Of a stretch of 64,000 bases of DNA, positions 10,044 to 18,834 are shown in pieces. The first letter of the stretch is position 1. The number at the start of each line of letters is the position of its first letter. The translations under genes and the position numbers were made by a program. The notes below the pieces were generated by a model that saw only the letters and a list, made by a program, of their open reading frames with translations, ran no database searches and was not told the DNA's origin. The DNA is from Dehalococcoidia bacterium (lineage in GTDB: Bacteria > Chloroflexota > Dehalococcoidia > Lucifugimonadales > Australimonadaceae), in assembly GCA_965206315.1 (NCBI GenBank), contig OZ242210.1, forward strand, positions 1,730,822 through 1,794,821, in the 5' to 3' direction.

Positions 10044-10962
10044 ACCCCTCCCCCATCACGTTCCCGAGCGCCGACGCATAGTCCCGAGGCTCGATCTGCG
10101 GGAAGAGCGACCGCGCCAGATCGTCGGTCACCACGACGTCGTTGCGCAGACCCTCCACGAGCGCCCGCGTGATGGCGGTGGGGATCGGCGTGAACCAGTG
10201 CACCCAGTACGACGACAGGCGCGGCGTCAGCACCGGCACGGGAAGCAGCAGCCGGCGGAGCCCCCGCGCCCTCGCGTAGTCGAGCATCAGCCCCTCGTAC
10301 GTCGTCACGTCCTTCCCGCCCACCTCGATGGTGCGACCCCGGCACGACGGCGTGTCGAGCGCCGCGACGAGGTAGTCCAGCAGGTCGTCGACCGCTATCG
10401 GCTGCACGTGCGAGTAGAGCCACCGGGGACAGACCATGACCGGCAGACGCTCCACGAGATAGCGGATCATCTCGAACGAGACGCTGCCCGCCCCGACGAC
10501 CACGGCGGCCCGGAACTCCGTGACCGCGACCCCGCCCGCGCGCAGCGCCTGCCCGCACTCCTGCCGCGAGCGCAGGTGCGGCGAGAGATCGGCTCCCGAC
10601 CCCAGCCCGCCGAGATAGATGATGTGCCCGACGCCCGCCTCCGCGGCGGCCTGGCCGAACGTACGGGCCGCCTCGACGTCCAGCTCGTGGAACCCGGGGC
10701 CGCTCCCCATGCTGTGGACGAGGTAGTAGGCGGTGTCGACGCCCTCCAGCGCCTCGGACAGCGTCGCGGGGTCGAGTACGTCGCCGACCGCCACCTCGAC
10801 CTGCTCGGACCACGGACGCGAGCGAACGCGCTCCCGGTTGCGGACGAGGACGCGAACGCGGGGCTCATCGTCCAGCAGACGGGGCACGAGCCTTCCGCCG
10901 ATGTACCCCGTAGCGCCGGTGACCAGGATCGTTCGAGGAGCGGCCATCCGATTCCTCCCCAC
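10042..10962 (-). CDS. NAD(P)H-binding NmrA-like/atypical SDR family protein
   Basis: ILVTGATGYIGGRLVPRLL Rossmann motif near the N-terminus. The start could be ATG 10947 instead. Confidence 0.8.
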   Translation of the reverse strand: MGRNRMAAPRTILVTGATGYIGGRLVPRLLDDEPRVRVLVRNRERVRSRPWSEQVEVAVGDVLDPATLSEALEGVDTAYYLVHSMGSGPGFHELDVEAARTFGQAAAEAGVGHIIYLGGLGSGADLSPHLRSRQECGQALRAGGVAVTEFRAAVVVGAGSVSFEMIRYLVERLPVMVCPRWLYSHVQPIAVDDLLDYLVAALDTPSCRGRTIEVGGKDVTTYEGLMLDYARARGLRRLLLPVPVLTPRLSSYWVHWFTPIPTAITRALVEGLRNDVVVTDDLARSLFPQIEPRDYASALGNVMGEG

Positions 10963-11073
10963 ACCGCTATTGTACGAGGTGGGAGGGGCGCTCGCTCCTG
11001 CGGAGGCGGGACTTCGCAGCCCGTTGTCATGCTAAGGGCAGTCGAGGCATCCTCCAATTAGACCCCCTTTGTC

Positions 11074-12873
11074 GTGATAGCATGGTTCGCTATGGCTGAC
11101 GGGTCAACAAAGCAGGCAAGTGGTCGACCTCCCAACGCCACCCTTGAGGTGCACGAGATCCAGGCGGATGACTTTGCACGTCGATTCTCGTTGCGAGGGA
11201 GGAATCTCATGTGGTTGCTCGGTGCAGGCGCATCAGCCTCGGCTGGAGTTCCGACTGCTCAAGACATGGTTTGGGATTTCAAGCAACAACTATTCATTAG
11301 TCAACGGAGAATATCGCCAAGCACAGTCGCAGACCTGTCCAATCAGTCCGTCCGTCAGCAGCTGCAGGCGCACATTGACTCTCTCGGAAGGCTGCCTTTG
11401 CTTGGTTCTACCGATGAGTACGCGGCGCTGTTCGAGGAGGTGTACCCAGCCGAGGCAGACCGTAGAGCGTATTTGAATGCCAAGGTGGCGGGTTCAAAGC
11501 CGTCCTACGGGCACCTCGCCCTTGCCACGCTGATGCGGGCCAGCCTGGTTCCAGTTGTGTGGACTACTAATTTTGATGCACTTGTTGCCGACGCATGTGC
11601 CAAGGTATACGACACCACTGGCGCCTTGACACTCGCAGACCTCGATTCGCCCGACTTGGCAAAGCAGGCCATTCATGACGAGCGATGGCCAGTGGAAGTC
11701 AAACTGCACGGAGACTTTAGGTCGCGGAGGCTCAAGAACACTACGGATGAGCTTCGCTATCAAGACGTGAGACTGAGGAACACACTCGTTGATTCGTGTC
11801 GAAGGTTTGGGTTGATCGTGGTGGGATATAGCGGACGTGATGACTCCATTATGGATACCCTCTCCGAGGCTGTGCGTTCCCCCGATGCTTTCCCTAGCGG
11901 GTTGTTTTGGCTGCATCGCGGCGATGGGCCTCCTGTACCTAGAGTCATGGACTTATTGGCCCAAGCAACCAGTTCGGGCATTGAAGCGGGATTGGTACGA
12001 ATCGCGAATTTCGATGAAGCACTACGTGACTTGGTTCGTCTACTTGAAGACTTAGACACGACCACTCTGGATTCCTTGGCCAAGGAACGCCGTCCTTGGA
12101 GCAGTGCACCGATACCAAGCGGTCGACTTGGCTGGCCTGTTGTGCGTCTCAACGCCCTCAATGTGGTTCAGGTACCGAGTGTATGCCGGCGGGTGGTTTG
12201 TGAGATCGGAGGAACAGCTGCAGTGCGTGAGGCGGCAACTAAAGCTGGAGTCGAGATACTCGCAGTACGTTCGGTGACTGGGGTGCTGGCCTTTGGATCA
12301 GATTCGGACATGCGCGCGGCATTTGGGCCTTATGACATTTCTGAGTACGACATCTACACTCTGGACCCGAAGAAGCAGAGGCACGATTCAACTGAGCGAG
12401 GCCTACTGCGCGAGGCTCTCACACGGGCTATTTCGCGCTATCGTAGCCTCAGCGCAACTCATCGGCGCAGGGCGGACTTGCTTGTGCCGTGTGACCCTAC
12501 AGATCAAGCCTGGCTGCCCTTGAAACAGCTGGTGGGCGAACTTGATGGAACAGTTAATCGCCAGCCGGAATTGCGATGGCAAGAGGGCATAAGTATCCGA
12601 TTAGATTGGGCCGACGACCGGCTGTGGTTGCTGTTCGAACCGAGGACGGTGTTCTCCGGCATCAATGCCGAGAACAGGTTGGCAGCAACGGACTTTGCCC
12701 GCGAACGGTCGGTCAAGCGGTACAACAGGCAACTGAATAGCCTCTTGGACTTCTGGTCCAGATGGCTTTCGCAAGAGGGGAGCGCACTCAGAGCACTAGA
12801 CGTCGGCGATGGCATTGATGCTGTCTTCAGCATCTCTCCCATCACGGGCTTCTCACGGAGGGCGGGGGCTTGA
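11074..12873 (+). CDS. SIR2-APAZ protein (SIR2_2-type NADase domain fused to an Argonaute-associated APAZ region)
   Basis: MWLLGAGASASAGVP (nt 11221 onward), WTTNFDALV (Asn), VKLHGDF (His) and VVGYSGRDDSI, followed by ~300 aa non-SIR2 C-terminal region. GTG 11074 or ATG 11092 start. TGA overlaps the start of the pAgo gene. Confidence 0.85.
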   Translation: MIAWFAMADGSTKQASGRPPNATLEVHEIQADDFARRFSLRGRNLMWLLGAGASASAGVPTAQDMVWDFKQQLFISQRRISPSTVADLSNQSVRQQLQAHIDSLGRLPLLGSTDEYAALFEEVYPAEADRRAYLNAKVAGSKPSYGHLALATLMRASLVPVVWTTNFDALVADACAKVYDTTGALTLADLDSPDLAKQAIHDERWPVEVKLHGDFRSRRLKNTTDELRYQDVRLRNTLVDSCRRFGLIVVGYSGRDDSIMDTLSEAVRSPDAFPSGLFWLHRGDGPPVPRVMDLLAQATSSGIEAGLVRIANFDEALRDLVRLLEDLDTTTLDSLAKERRPWSSAPIPSGRLGWPVVRLNALNVVQVPSVCRRVVCEIGGTAAVREAATKAGVEILAVRSVTGVLAFGSDSDMRAAFGPYDISEYDIYTLDPKKQRHDSTERGLLREALTRAISRYRSLSATHRRRADLLVPCDPTDQAWLPLKQLVGELDGTVNRQPELRWQEGISIRLDWADDRLWLLFEPRTVFSGINAENRLAATDFARERSVKRYNRQLNSLLDFWSRWLSQEGSALRALDVGDGIDAVFSISPITGFSRRAGA

Positions 12874-14291
12874 CAAGTCAGATTGCTCCACACATATGGC
12901 TACCTGAACCGCAACTGGCATTCCATGCCGACCGCACGTCCGATCGCGACATCCACCCTCTGCGCGGCCTTCAGAAGTTCGGTCCTTACTCAGCCGGGAT
13001 GGTGCCTGATCCAATCAGGGTAGCTACCTTGTCACCGGCAGGAGAAGGTGGCCAACTTCACACTTTTCTGAAGAGCCTAAACTCGGCGCACATCCCTAAA
13101 GAGCGCAGAGACTATCTCCCGGAATGGCAGGGTTTTCGGCCTGTTTTTGGCCTCCAAATTACAGCAGCGGAGGAGAGTTGCCATATAGAACTAGACTCGT
13201 CCGTGGATGCTGACATGCGAGCTTCACTGAATCCTCACGTTGTGCTCGCAGACCGGTTAGTCAGGGCTATTCAGCGTGTGCAGGCACTCCGTCCCAAGTT
13301 CGATGTGCTTCTGATTTACTTACCCGGGCGTTGGACTCCAGGCTACACCGGTGGCCCCGACGAAGATTTCGACCTCCATGATCATCTGAAGGCTACTACG
13401 GCAGCCCTTGGATTGCCGGTTCAGCTGGTACGAGAAGACAGTGCCTTAGCCTACAACTGCCAAGCCAGTGTCATGTGGCGCTTGGGTATGGCCCTGTACA
13501 CCAAGGCTGGCGGCATCCCATGGAAACTGGCGGAGACTAACCCTGATACAGCGTATATCGGCATCTCCTACGCTTTGCGCTCAATCGCATCAGAAAGCCC
13601 ACGGTTCATTACTTGTTGCAGCCAAGTCTTCGATGCTGATGGTTCGGGCTTGGAATTTGTTGCGTATGATGCTCACGAGTTCGAAGTCCATCAAGATAAC
13701 CCGTTTTTGTCCCGTGCTGAGATGTTTCGCGTGATGACTCGTTCAATGGAACTCTACAGACGGCGTCATGCCGGAATGTCGCCTCGACGAGTTGTGGTAC
13801 ACAAATCCACGGAATTTAAGCCAGAAGAAGTCGATGGTTGCATGGAGGCCCTACACTTGTGTGAAGCCGTTGACTTGGTACAAGTTGTTGAAGACGTGGG
13901 GTGGCGCGGCGTACGGATTGACGAGAATCCAGGCTCCACTAGGGGCAACCCTGCTGCATTTCCAGTTTCGCGTGGAACGGCCATGGGCCTTTCACCACGC
14001 GATGTCCTGGTATGGACACATGGAGATGTAAGGGGTGTCAGCAGCAGAGGTTCCTACTTCAAAGGAGCCCGAAGCACTCCGACTCCCCTCCGGCTGGTGC
14101 GCCACGCCGGCCATGGGCCGTGGGACGACAACGTCCGCGCGATCTTGGGGCTCAGCAAGATGAACTGGAACAACGATTCCCTATACGACACGTTGCCCGT
14201 CACTATGGCCTATGCGAAGGTGCTGGCCCGCGTAGTCAAGCGCATGCCCAGCCTCACGCGCACGCCGTATCAGTTCAGATTCTTCATGTAG
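12870..14291 (+). CDS. short prokaryotic Argonaute (MID-PIWI only, catalytic tetrad absent)
   Basis: 473 aa. MID-like DLHDHLKATTAALGLPVQLV and PIWI signature LYTKAGGIPWKL. YIGISYA and RVVVHKST sit where active Agos carry catalytic Asp. No N/PAZ length. TTG start overlaps the upstream TGA (cTTGA). Confidence 0.85.
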   Translation: MTSQIAPHIWLPEPQLAFHADRTSDRDIHPLRGLQKFGPYSAGMVPDPIRVATLSPAGEGGQLHTFLKSLNSAHIPKERRDYLPEWQGFRPVFGLQITAAEESCHIELDSSVDADMRASLNPHVVLADRLVRAIQRVQALRPKFDVLLIYLPGRWTPGYTGGPDEDFDLHDHLKATTAALGLPVQLVREDSALAYNCQASVMWRLGMALYTKAGGIPWKLAETNPDTAYIGISYALRSIASESPRFITCCSQVFDADGSGLEFVAYDAHEFEVHQDNPFLSRAEMFRVMTRSMELYRRRHAGMSPRRVVVHKSTEFKPEEVDGCMEALHLCEAVDLVQVVEDVGWRGVRIDENPGSTRGNPAAFPVSRGTAMGLSPRDVLVWTHGDVRGVSSRGSYFKGARSTPTPLRLVRHAGHGPWDDNVRAILGLSKMNWNNDSLYDTLPVTMAYAKVLARVVKRMPSLTRTPYQFRFFM

Positions 14292-14334
14292 GAATCGCAG
14301 CTGGCTACCGAGCGACGACCGCTAACCCGCCAAA

Positions 14335-14433
14335 CCACTGACACCCGCCCCTATCGAGGTCGACCCCTCCCTGCGTACGCTGGTTGCATAACAGTCGTAC
14401 GCGCCCCTGCCGTGAGCGCGAAAGGGGACTGAG
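14335..14433. repeat. copy A of the ~130-bp repeat family (partial, arranged as an imperfect inverted pair)
   Basis: CCACTGACACCCGCCCCTATCGAGGTCGACCCCTCCCTGCGTACGCTGGTTGCATAACAGTCG matches 16544-16606. It is followed by CGTACGCGCCCC...GCGCGAAAGGGGACTGAG in the opposite sense. Confidence 0.8.
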
Positions 14434-14649
14434 GAGGTGGATCGTTGACGACTCAGCTTGAGGTTGCAGCCGAGGCTTGCAATGCCCTGAAGCCCGGCGT
14501 TAGCATCACCGCACTAGATCAGCAGCCGTACGTTGCAGGAGGAAGACATCGTAATGCCACAGCGTGCGGGAGCACAGGGCTTGCCGTGGAGCGGTTGAAA
14601 CATCGTGACTTGGCCGCTGCCTTCCCCGCGCTGCCGGAGGCGGTGAGCC

Positions 14650-15951
14650 ATGTCGGCTGATACCTTCCGGGACCCGGCATTCTCGGCGAACCGGGATGAA
14701 CCTGTACACCGGTGGGTTCCTTGGATCGCGGGGTTCTCAAGACAATTCATCCAAGACGCGCTCAACTCATACACCAACGGCCACTCTCAGGCTGTGTTGG
14801 ACCCCTTCGCTGGTGTAGCCACGACCTTGATAGAGGCCGATCTTGCTGGTCATGACGCTGTAGGCTTCGAGATTAACCCTTACGCTGCTTTCGCTGCCCA
14901 ACTCAAGCTGAGCGCCCACCGCCTGTCCGTGGAGGACTTGCGCTCCGTTGTCATCGACCTTTATGAGCACGCTCTGACCGTGGAAACCAACGGAGTGATG
15001 CCCATGTCTGTGCCACCCCCAGGATTCCGCACACGGTTGCCCTTCTACAGCCCGGAGGTAGAGCGCAAGGTACTGCTTATGCTGGACTTCGCCAGCCGTC
15101 AGTCCGACGACCAGGCGGCGGACCTGCTCAAGCTGGCTTTCGCATCGACGATGGTGGAGTATTCCAACTACTCGTACGAACCGAGCCTCGGGACGCGGAA
15201 CGCGGCTGGCCGGGCTGGCGTAGATGATTTCCCGGTAGCCCTGCGAATCGCCCGCAAGCTCACTCAAATGGCCACTGACGCGAAGTGGTATCGTGAGCAC
15301 CGCGAGCGAGCGCAGCGCGATGATGGACAGGTTCACCTTCAATCCTTCTTCGACGGATACGAACTGATTGGGCGGCAGAGCATCGATTTGATCGTGACCT
15401 CACCGCCCTACGCGAACAACTACCACTACAATCGCAATACTCGCCCGCACCTATACTGGCTTGGCTTCTGTAAATCGCCGGATGACATGAAGAGTCTTGA
15501 AGAACAGAACTTCGGCACCTACTGGCAGCGAGCGCGGGAGTTGGAGTGTGTAGAACTGAACCCCATCATCGCTGGCAGGGGCATTAGGGAGACCTTGGCT
15601 CAGATACGTCGACAGAATCCTGACCGTGGAATCTATGGTGGTCAAGGGTGGGCCAACTATGTCACCACGTACCTGAACGATTGCGTTCGGTTCATGGACG
15701 GGGTGAAGTGGTGCCTCCGTCCTGGCGGTACTGCCCTTGTGGTTATTGGGAACAGTATCGTGCAGGGTGTTCATGTACCCACTGACAGGTACTTAGCTGA
15801 GATTGCTGCTCAACATGACCTTGAAGTGGTAGAGATTCACACACCACGTCCCACCCGCGTTGGCAATAGCATAACGAACTCTAGTGTCCGTCGGGGCACT
15901 GCCGGACATACTAAGCTTTATGAGTCGGTGGTAGAGTTGAGACAGCCATGA
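14650..15951 (+). CDS. DNA amino-methyltransferase, alpha-class order (motif I - long variable region - SPPY)
   Basis: VLDPFAGVATTLIEA near the N-terminus and DLIVTSPPYANNYHY about 200 aa later. GGAGG lies ~10 nt upstream. The stop overlaps the start of the nuclease gene. Confidence 0.85.
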   Translation: MSADTFRDPAFSANRDEPVHRWVPWIAGFSRQFIQDALNSYTNGHSQAVLDPFAGVATTLIEADLAGHDAVGFEINPYAAFAAQLKLSAHRLSVEDLRSVVIDLYEHALTVETNGVMPMSVPPPGFRTRLPFYSPEVERKVLLMLDFASRQSDDQAADLLKLAFASTMVEYSNYSYEPSLGTRNAAGRAGVDDFPVALRIARKLTQMATDAKWYREHRERAQRDDGQVHLQSFFDGYELIGRQSIDLIVTSPPYANNYHYNRNTRPHLYWLGFCKSPDDMKSLEEQNFGTYWQRARELECVELNPIIAGRGIRETLAQIRRQNPDRGIYGGQGWANYVTTYLNDCVRFMDGVKWCLRPGGTALVVIGNSIVQGVHVPTDRYLAEIAAQHDLEVVEIHTPRPTRVGNSITNSSVRRGTAGHTKLYESVVELRQP

Positions 15952-16547
15952 GCGAGCTTTACGATCCACTCACCTGGCAGAACCTCATGGCAGGGCTCGT
16001 TGTTCGCTTCGAGCAACAGCCCCGCGTTAGTTTCGCAGAGATCGGCAACGCGGAAGGACCGGGAGTGTACGCGTTGTTCTACGTGGGAGGACATGCGGCA
16101 TACTCTCCGATCTCCGGCACGCTGCAGCCCATTTACGTAGGGAAGGCAGTTCCCGAAGGCACACGGAAGGGGAGCTTAGAAGGAGCGGGACAACACGCCC
16201 TAAGAGGGAGGCTGCGCAATCACCGACGATCCATTGACGCGGCCGTGAATCTTGAAACGGACGATTTCCTGTGCCGCTTCCTGGCAGTCGTTCCCGTGTG
16301 GATAACGCTGGCAGAGCGGTTCCTGATAGACCATTACCGTCCGATCTGGAACACGGGGATAGATGGATTCGGCAACAACCCGCAAGGCAGAAACCGAGTG
16401 ACCGGGGACAAGAGCTGGTGGGACACGCTGCACCCTGGCCGTGAATGGGCAATCAAGCGCACACCGAAGGGCACCGAGGGGGAGGCGCTGGCTTTGGTCG
16501 CTCAGTTCTTCAGCGAGGGAGACGAGGCCTCTCCCTCCCTCAACTGA
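15948..16547 (+). CDS. Eco29kI-family GIY-YIG restriction endonuclease
   Basis: GPGVYALFYVGG...PIYVGKAVPEG (GIY-YIG core), RLRNHRRSI, and YRPIWNTGIDGFGNNPQGRNR...WWDTLHPGREWA as recalled for the RE_Eco29kI family. ATGA overlap with the MTase gene. Confidence 0.75.
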   Translation: MSELYDPLTWQNLMAGLVVRFEQQPRVSFAEIGNAEGPGVYALFYVGGHAAYSPISGTLQPIYVGKAVPEGTRKGSLEGAGQHALRGRLRNHRRSIDAAVNLETDDFLCRFLAVVPVWITLAERFLIDHYRPIWNTGIDGFGNNPQGRNRVTGDKSWWDTLHPGREWAIKRTPKGTEGEALALVAQFFSEGDEASPSLN

Positions 16548-16676
16548 CACGCGCCCCTTTCGAGGTCGACCCCTCCCCCCGTACGCTGGTTGCATGACCG
16601 TCGACCGTGCACGACCTATAGACAGAGCCTATAGCTCGGGGCCCAGCCATAGATATGGTCTATGGGTCCGGCGCGC
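16544..16676 (-). repeat. copy B of the ~130-bp repeat family (full length, reverse orientation relative to copies C/D)
   Basis: CTGACACGCGCCCCTTTCGAGGTCGAC...CGTACGCTGGTTGCATGACCGTCG...CCTATAGAC...GTCTATGGG. It starts on the nuclease stop codon. Confidence 0.85.
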
Positions 16677-16701
16677 AAATTTTGAATTCGATGGCCATCT
16701 T

Positions 16702-16769
16702 GAGATTCTTGATGCTTCAGGGCCCGGGAAGCAGGCCACGGCCATGGAAACGCGCCGATCAAGAATCTC
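16702..16769. repeat. 12-bp perfect inverted repeat GAGATTCTTGAT / ATCAAGAATCTC separated by 44 nt
   Basis: 16702-16713 and 16758-16769. Related GATCAAGAG / CCTTGATC motifs follow at about 16811 and 16845. Confidence 0.6.
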
Positions 16770-16863
16770 AAGGGTGCCAAACGAAGTCGACCGTTTACTC
16801 GTAGACCGAGGATCAAGAGTGCCAGAATTCGGGGGCGTTGGCATCCTTGATCGGGGGCTGCGA

Positions 16864-16884
16864 GGTTCCTGCCTCCGCAGGAAC
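16864..16884. repeat. REP-like type 1 hairpin
   Basis: GGTTCCTGCCTCCGCAGGAAC. Confidence 0.7.
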
Positions 16885-16893
16885 GACGAGGTC

Positions 16894-18543
16894 CTAGAGG
16901 ACGGCCATCATGTGGTGCTGGACGCGGTTGGCGCGCTGCACCCCCATCTTCATCACCTGCCGCGCCGGGCGGTCGTCACGATCAGGGAAGATCTCGTCCC
17001 ACGCCGCGTCTATCGCCGGCAGGTCGGCGTAGTCCTGGATGAGCAGCTGGATGAGGCCCACGTTGTCCATCGTGCCGCCGCCCGACTCCAGCAGCGACCG
17101 GATGTTGCGGATGCCGTGGTGCGCCTGCCCCTCGATGCCCGGCACCGGCTCCAGCTTGTCCGGCCCCGCCGTGTCGACGCCGGAGACGCCGCCCGAGCAG
17201 AAGAGGTCGCCGATGCGCGCACCCATCGGGATGGGGTCGTGGTGCCCGTGCCCCTCTATCTCGTGGTTCGTCCGCTCGCCGCCTATCCTGCCGATCACCT
17301 GCAGCTGGATCTGCCCGCCCATGGGGTAGCGGTACGTCTTGCGCGCCGCCTGGTACTGGCCGATCGGCCACGCCTCCAGGTACACGTCCACCATGTACGG
17401 CTGGTACGCGAAGTCGTTCAGGTACACCCACTGCAGCACCACGTCGTCCACCGTCCCGCCCGCGTGCTCCATGAACACCCGCATGTTGTCGAAGCACTGG
17501 TCGGTCTGCGCGTCCTCCCCGATGACCGGCAGCGAGGTCGACAGGTCCCATGGCACGATGACGGACGAGAAGACGTAGTCGCCCAGCCGCGCGCCGTTCG
17601 GGAGCGGGTCGCGGTGCGTCAGCCCGGCGACCTCGATGCACTGCCGCTGCTGTCCGGCAACGCCTATCGCCTGCAGCTCGACGCCCTCGCCGGGCGGCAA
17701 GGGGTAGGACGTCGTCTTGCGCGCGGGGCGGTTGTCCGCGTCCGGGAACAGCTCCAGCCAGCCGGTGTTGATGTGCGGCCGGAAGTCCTGGCTGTCGATG
17801 AAGTTCGTGACGATGCCGATGTTGTCGGTCGAGTGCCCGGCGGACTCGACGAGCGTGCGCAGGTTGCGCCACGCGTTCAGGAACTGCTCCGCGGGGTCGT
17901 CGGGCATGATGCCGGTCTCGAGGTCGATGCCGCGCACGCCCGAGGTGAAGAAGAGGCCGCCGACCTCCACGAGGTCTGGCACAGGCGCGTCCGGCGCGCT
18001 GAGACCGGGCAGCCGCGTCGTCGTGCGCTTGTTCGGCCTGCCGGGCGCGCCCTTGTCGCTCAGCGCGGGGCCGGGCGCGCTGCGGAACTTCGGTCGAATC
18101 GCGGCGTTCGCCAGCCGGGCGTCGCCCGCGGGCTTGACCATCGCCTCGGCGCCCGCGAGCGCGAGCCGCTCGTCGCGGTCCTCGTCGCCGGTGCCGCTCA
18201 CGCCGATGCCGCCGATGACCTCGCTCGCCCGGTGCAGCGTCAGCCCGCCGTGCAGCGTCGTCACGCCGTCGTTCGACCAGTCGGCGACGGTGCGGCCGTC
18301 GTGCGATATCTGCTGCCGGTAGATGAGCGTGTCGCGCCCGATGAAGGCGGCGGTGTACGCCTTGCGCTCGGCGTTCCGCACGTCGGTCCCGGACGCGCCG
18401 TCGCGCCGGACCTTGTAGACGAGCGCGCCGCTCTCGTCGACGACGGCGACCGCGAACGGGCGCTCGGTCGGGCGCGCGGCGGCCATCGCCGCGTCCACGG
18501 CGCGTTCGGCGTCTTCCAGGCTGATCGTCTCTTTCGCGGGCAT
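16894..18543 (-). CDS. four-domain fusion: GlcG/HbpS-like (DUF336) domain plus three RidA/YjgF-like domains
   Basis: N-terminus PFAVAVVDESGALV...GGIGVSGTGDEDRDERLA (DUF336). Then three units of the type FFTSGVRGID...AEQFLNAWRNLRTLVESAG, DYVFSS...QCFDNMRVFMEHAGG, and LFCSGGVSG...HGIRNIRSLLESGGG. Confidence 0.7.
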   Translation of the reverse strand: MPAKETISLEDAERAVDAAMAAARPTERPFAVAVVDESGALVYKVRRDGASGTDVRNAERKAYTAAFIGRDTLIYRQQISHDGRTVADWSNDGVTTLHGGLTLHRASEVIGGIGVSGTGDEDRDERLALAGAEAMVKPAGDARLANAAIRPKFRSAPGPALSDKGAPGRPNKRTTTRLPGLSAPDAPVPDLVEVGGLFFTSGVRGIDLETGIMPDDPAEQFLNAWRNLRTLVESAGHSTDNIGIVTNFIDSQDFRPHINTGWLELFPDADNRPARKTTSYPLPPGEGVELQAIGVAGQQRQCIEVAGLTHRDPLPNGARLGDYVFSSVIVPWDLSTSLPVIGEDAQTDQCFDNMRVFMEHAGGTVDDVVLQWVYLNDFAYQPYMVDVYLEAWPIGQYQAARKTYRYPMGGQIQLQVIGRIGGERTNHEIEGHGHHDPIPMGARIGDLFCSGGVSGVDTAGPDKLEPVPGIEGQAHHGIRNIRSLLESGGGTMDNVGLIQLLIQDYADLPAIDAAWDEIFPDRDDRPARQVMKMGVQRANRVQHHMMAVL

Positions 18544-18546
18544 TGT

Positions 18547-18834
18547 CTACACTCCTTCCACGCCGATCACGGAGGCCGTCGCGGCCGCCCAGCGTATCCC
18601 CACGATGCCCTGGTAGGCGTCCGAGGCGTGCCAGGCTTTCAGCGACTCCATGTCCGGGAACTCGATGACGACGAGGCGGTGGGGCTCCCACTCGCCCTCG
18701 ATGACCTCGCTCGCGCCGCCGCGCACCAGGAAGCGCGCGCCGTACGGCTCCAGCGTCGCGGGCACCTGCGCTCCGTACGCCTGGTACGACTCCTGGTCGT
18801 GCACCTGTACGTCTGCCATGAGATACGCTGGCAT
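18547..18834 (-). CDS. DUF1330 family protein
   Basis: MPAYLMADVQVHDQESYQAYG...FPDMESLKAWHASDAYQ, 95 aa. Its ATG overlaps the upstream stop by 1 nt (TGATG). Confidence 0.75.
   Translation of the reverse strand: MPAYLMADVQVHDQESYQAYGAQVPATLEPYGARFLVRGGASEVIEGEWEPHRLVVIEFPDMESLKAWHASDAYQGIVGIRWAAATASVIGVEGV

Noticed and set aside
8882-10172. ORFs of 233 and 426 aa (plus others) spanning the 8.9-10.1 kb repeat region
   Set aside because: Their sequences are translations of the 227-bp duplicated unit and REP hairpins (SFPPPSVIPAKAGIQ-type strings). The duplicated peptide blocks mirror DNA repeats and are not protein domains.
14445-14660. 71-aa ORF between pAgo and the methyltransferase, considered as a possible C-protein
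   Set aside because: It has a TTG start inside or next to the repeat element, no HTH pattern and no convincing ribosome-binding site, and it overlaps the MTase start.
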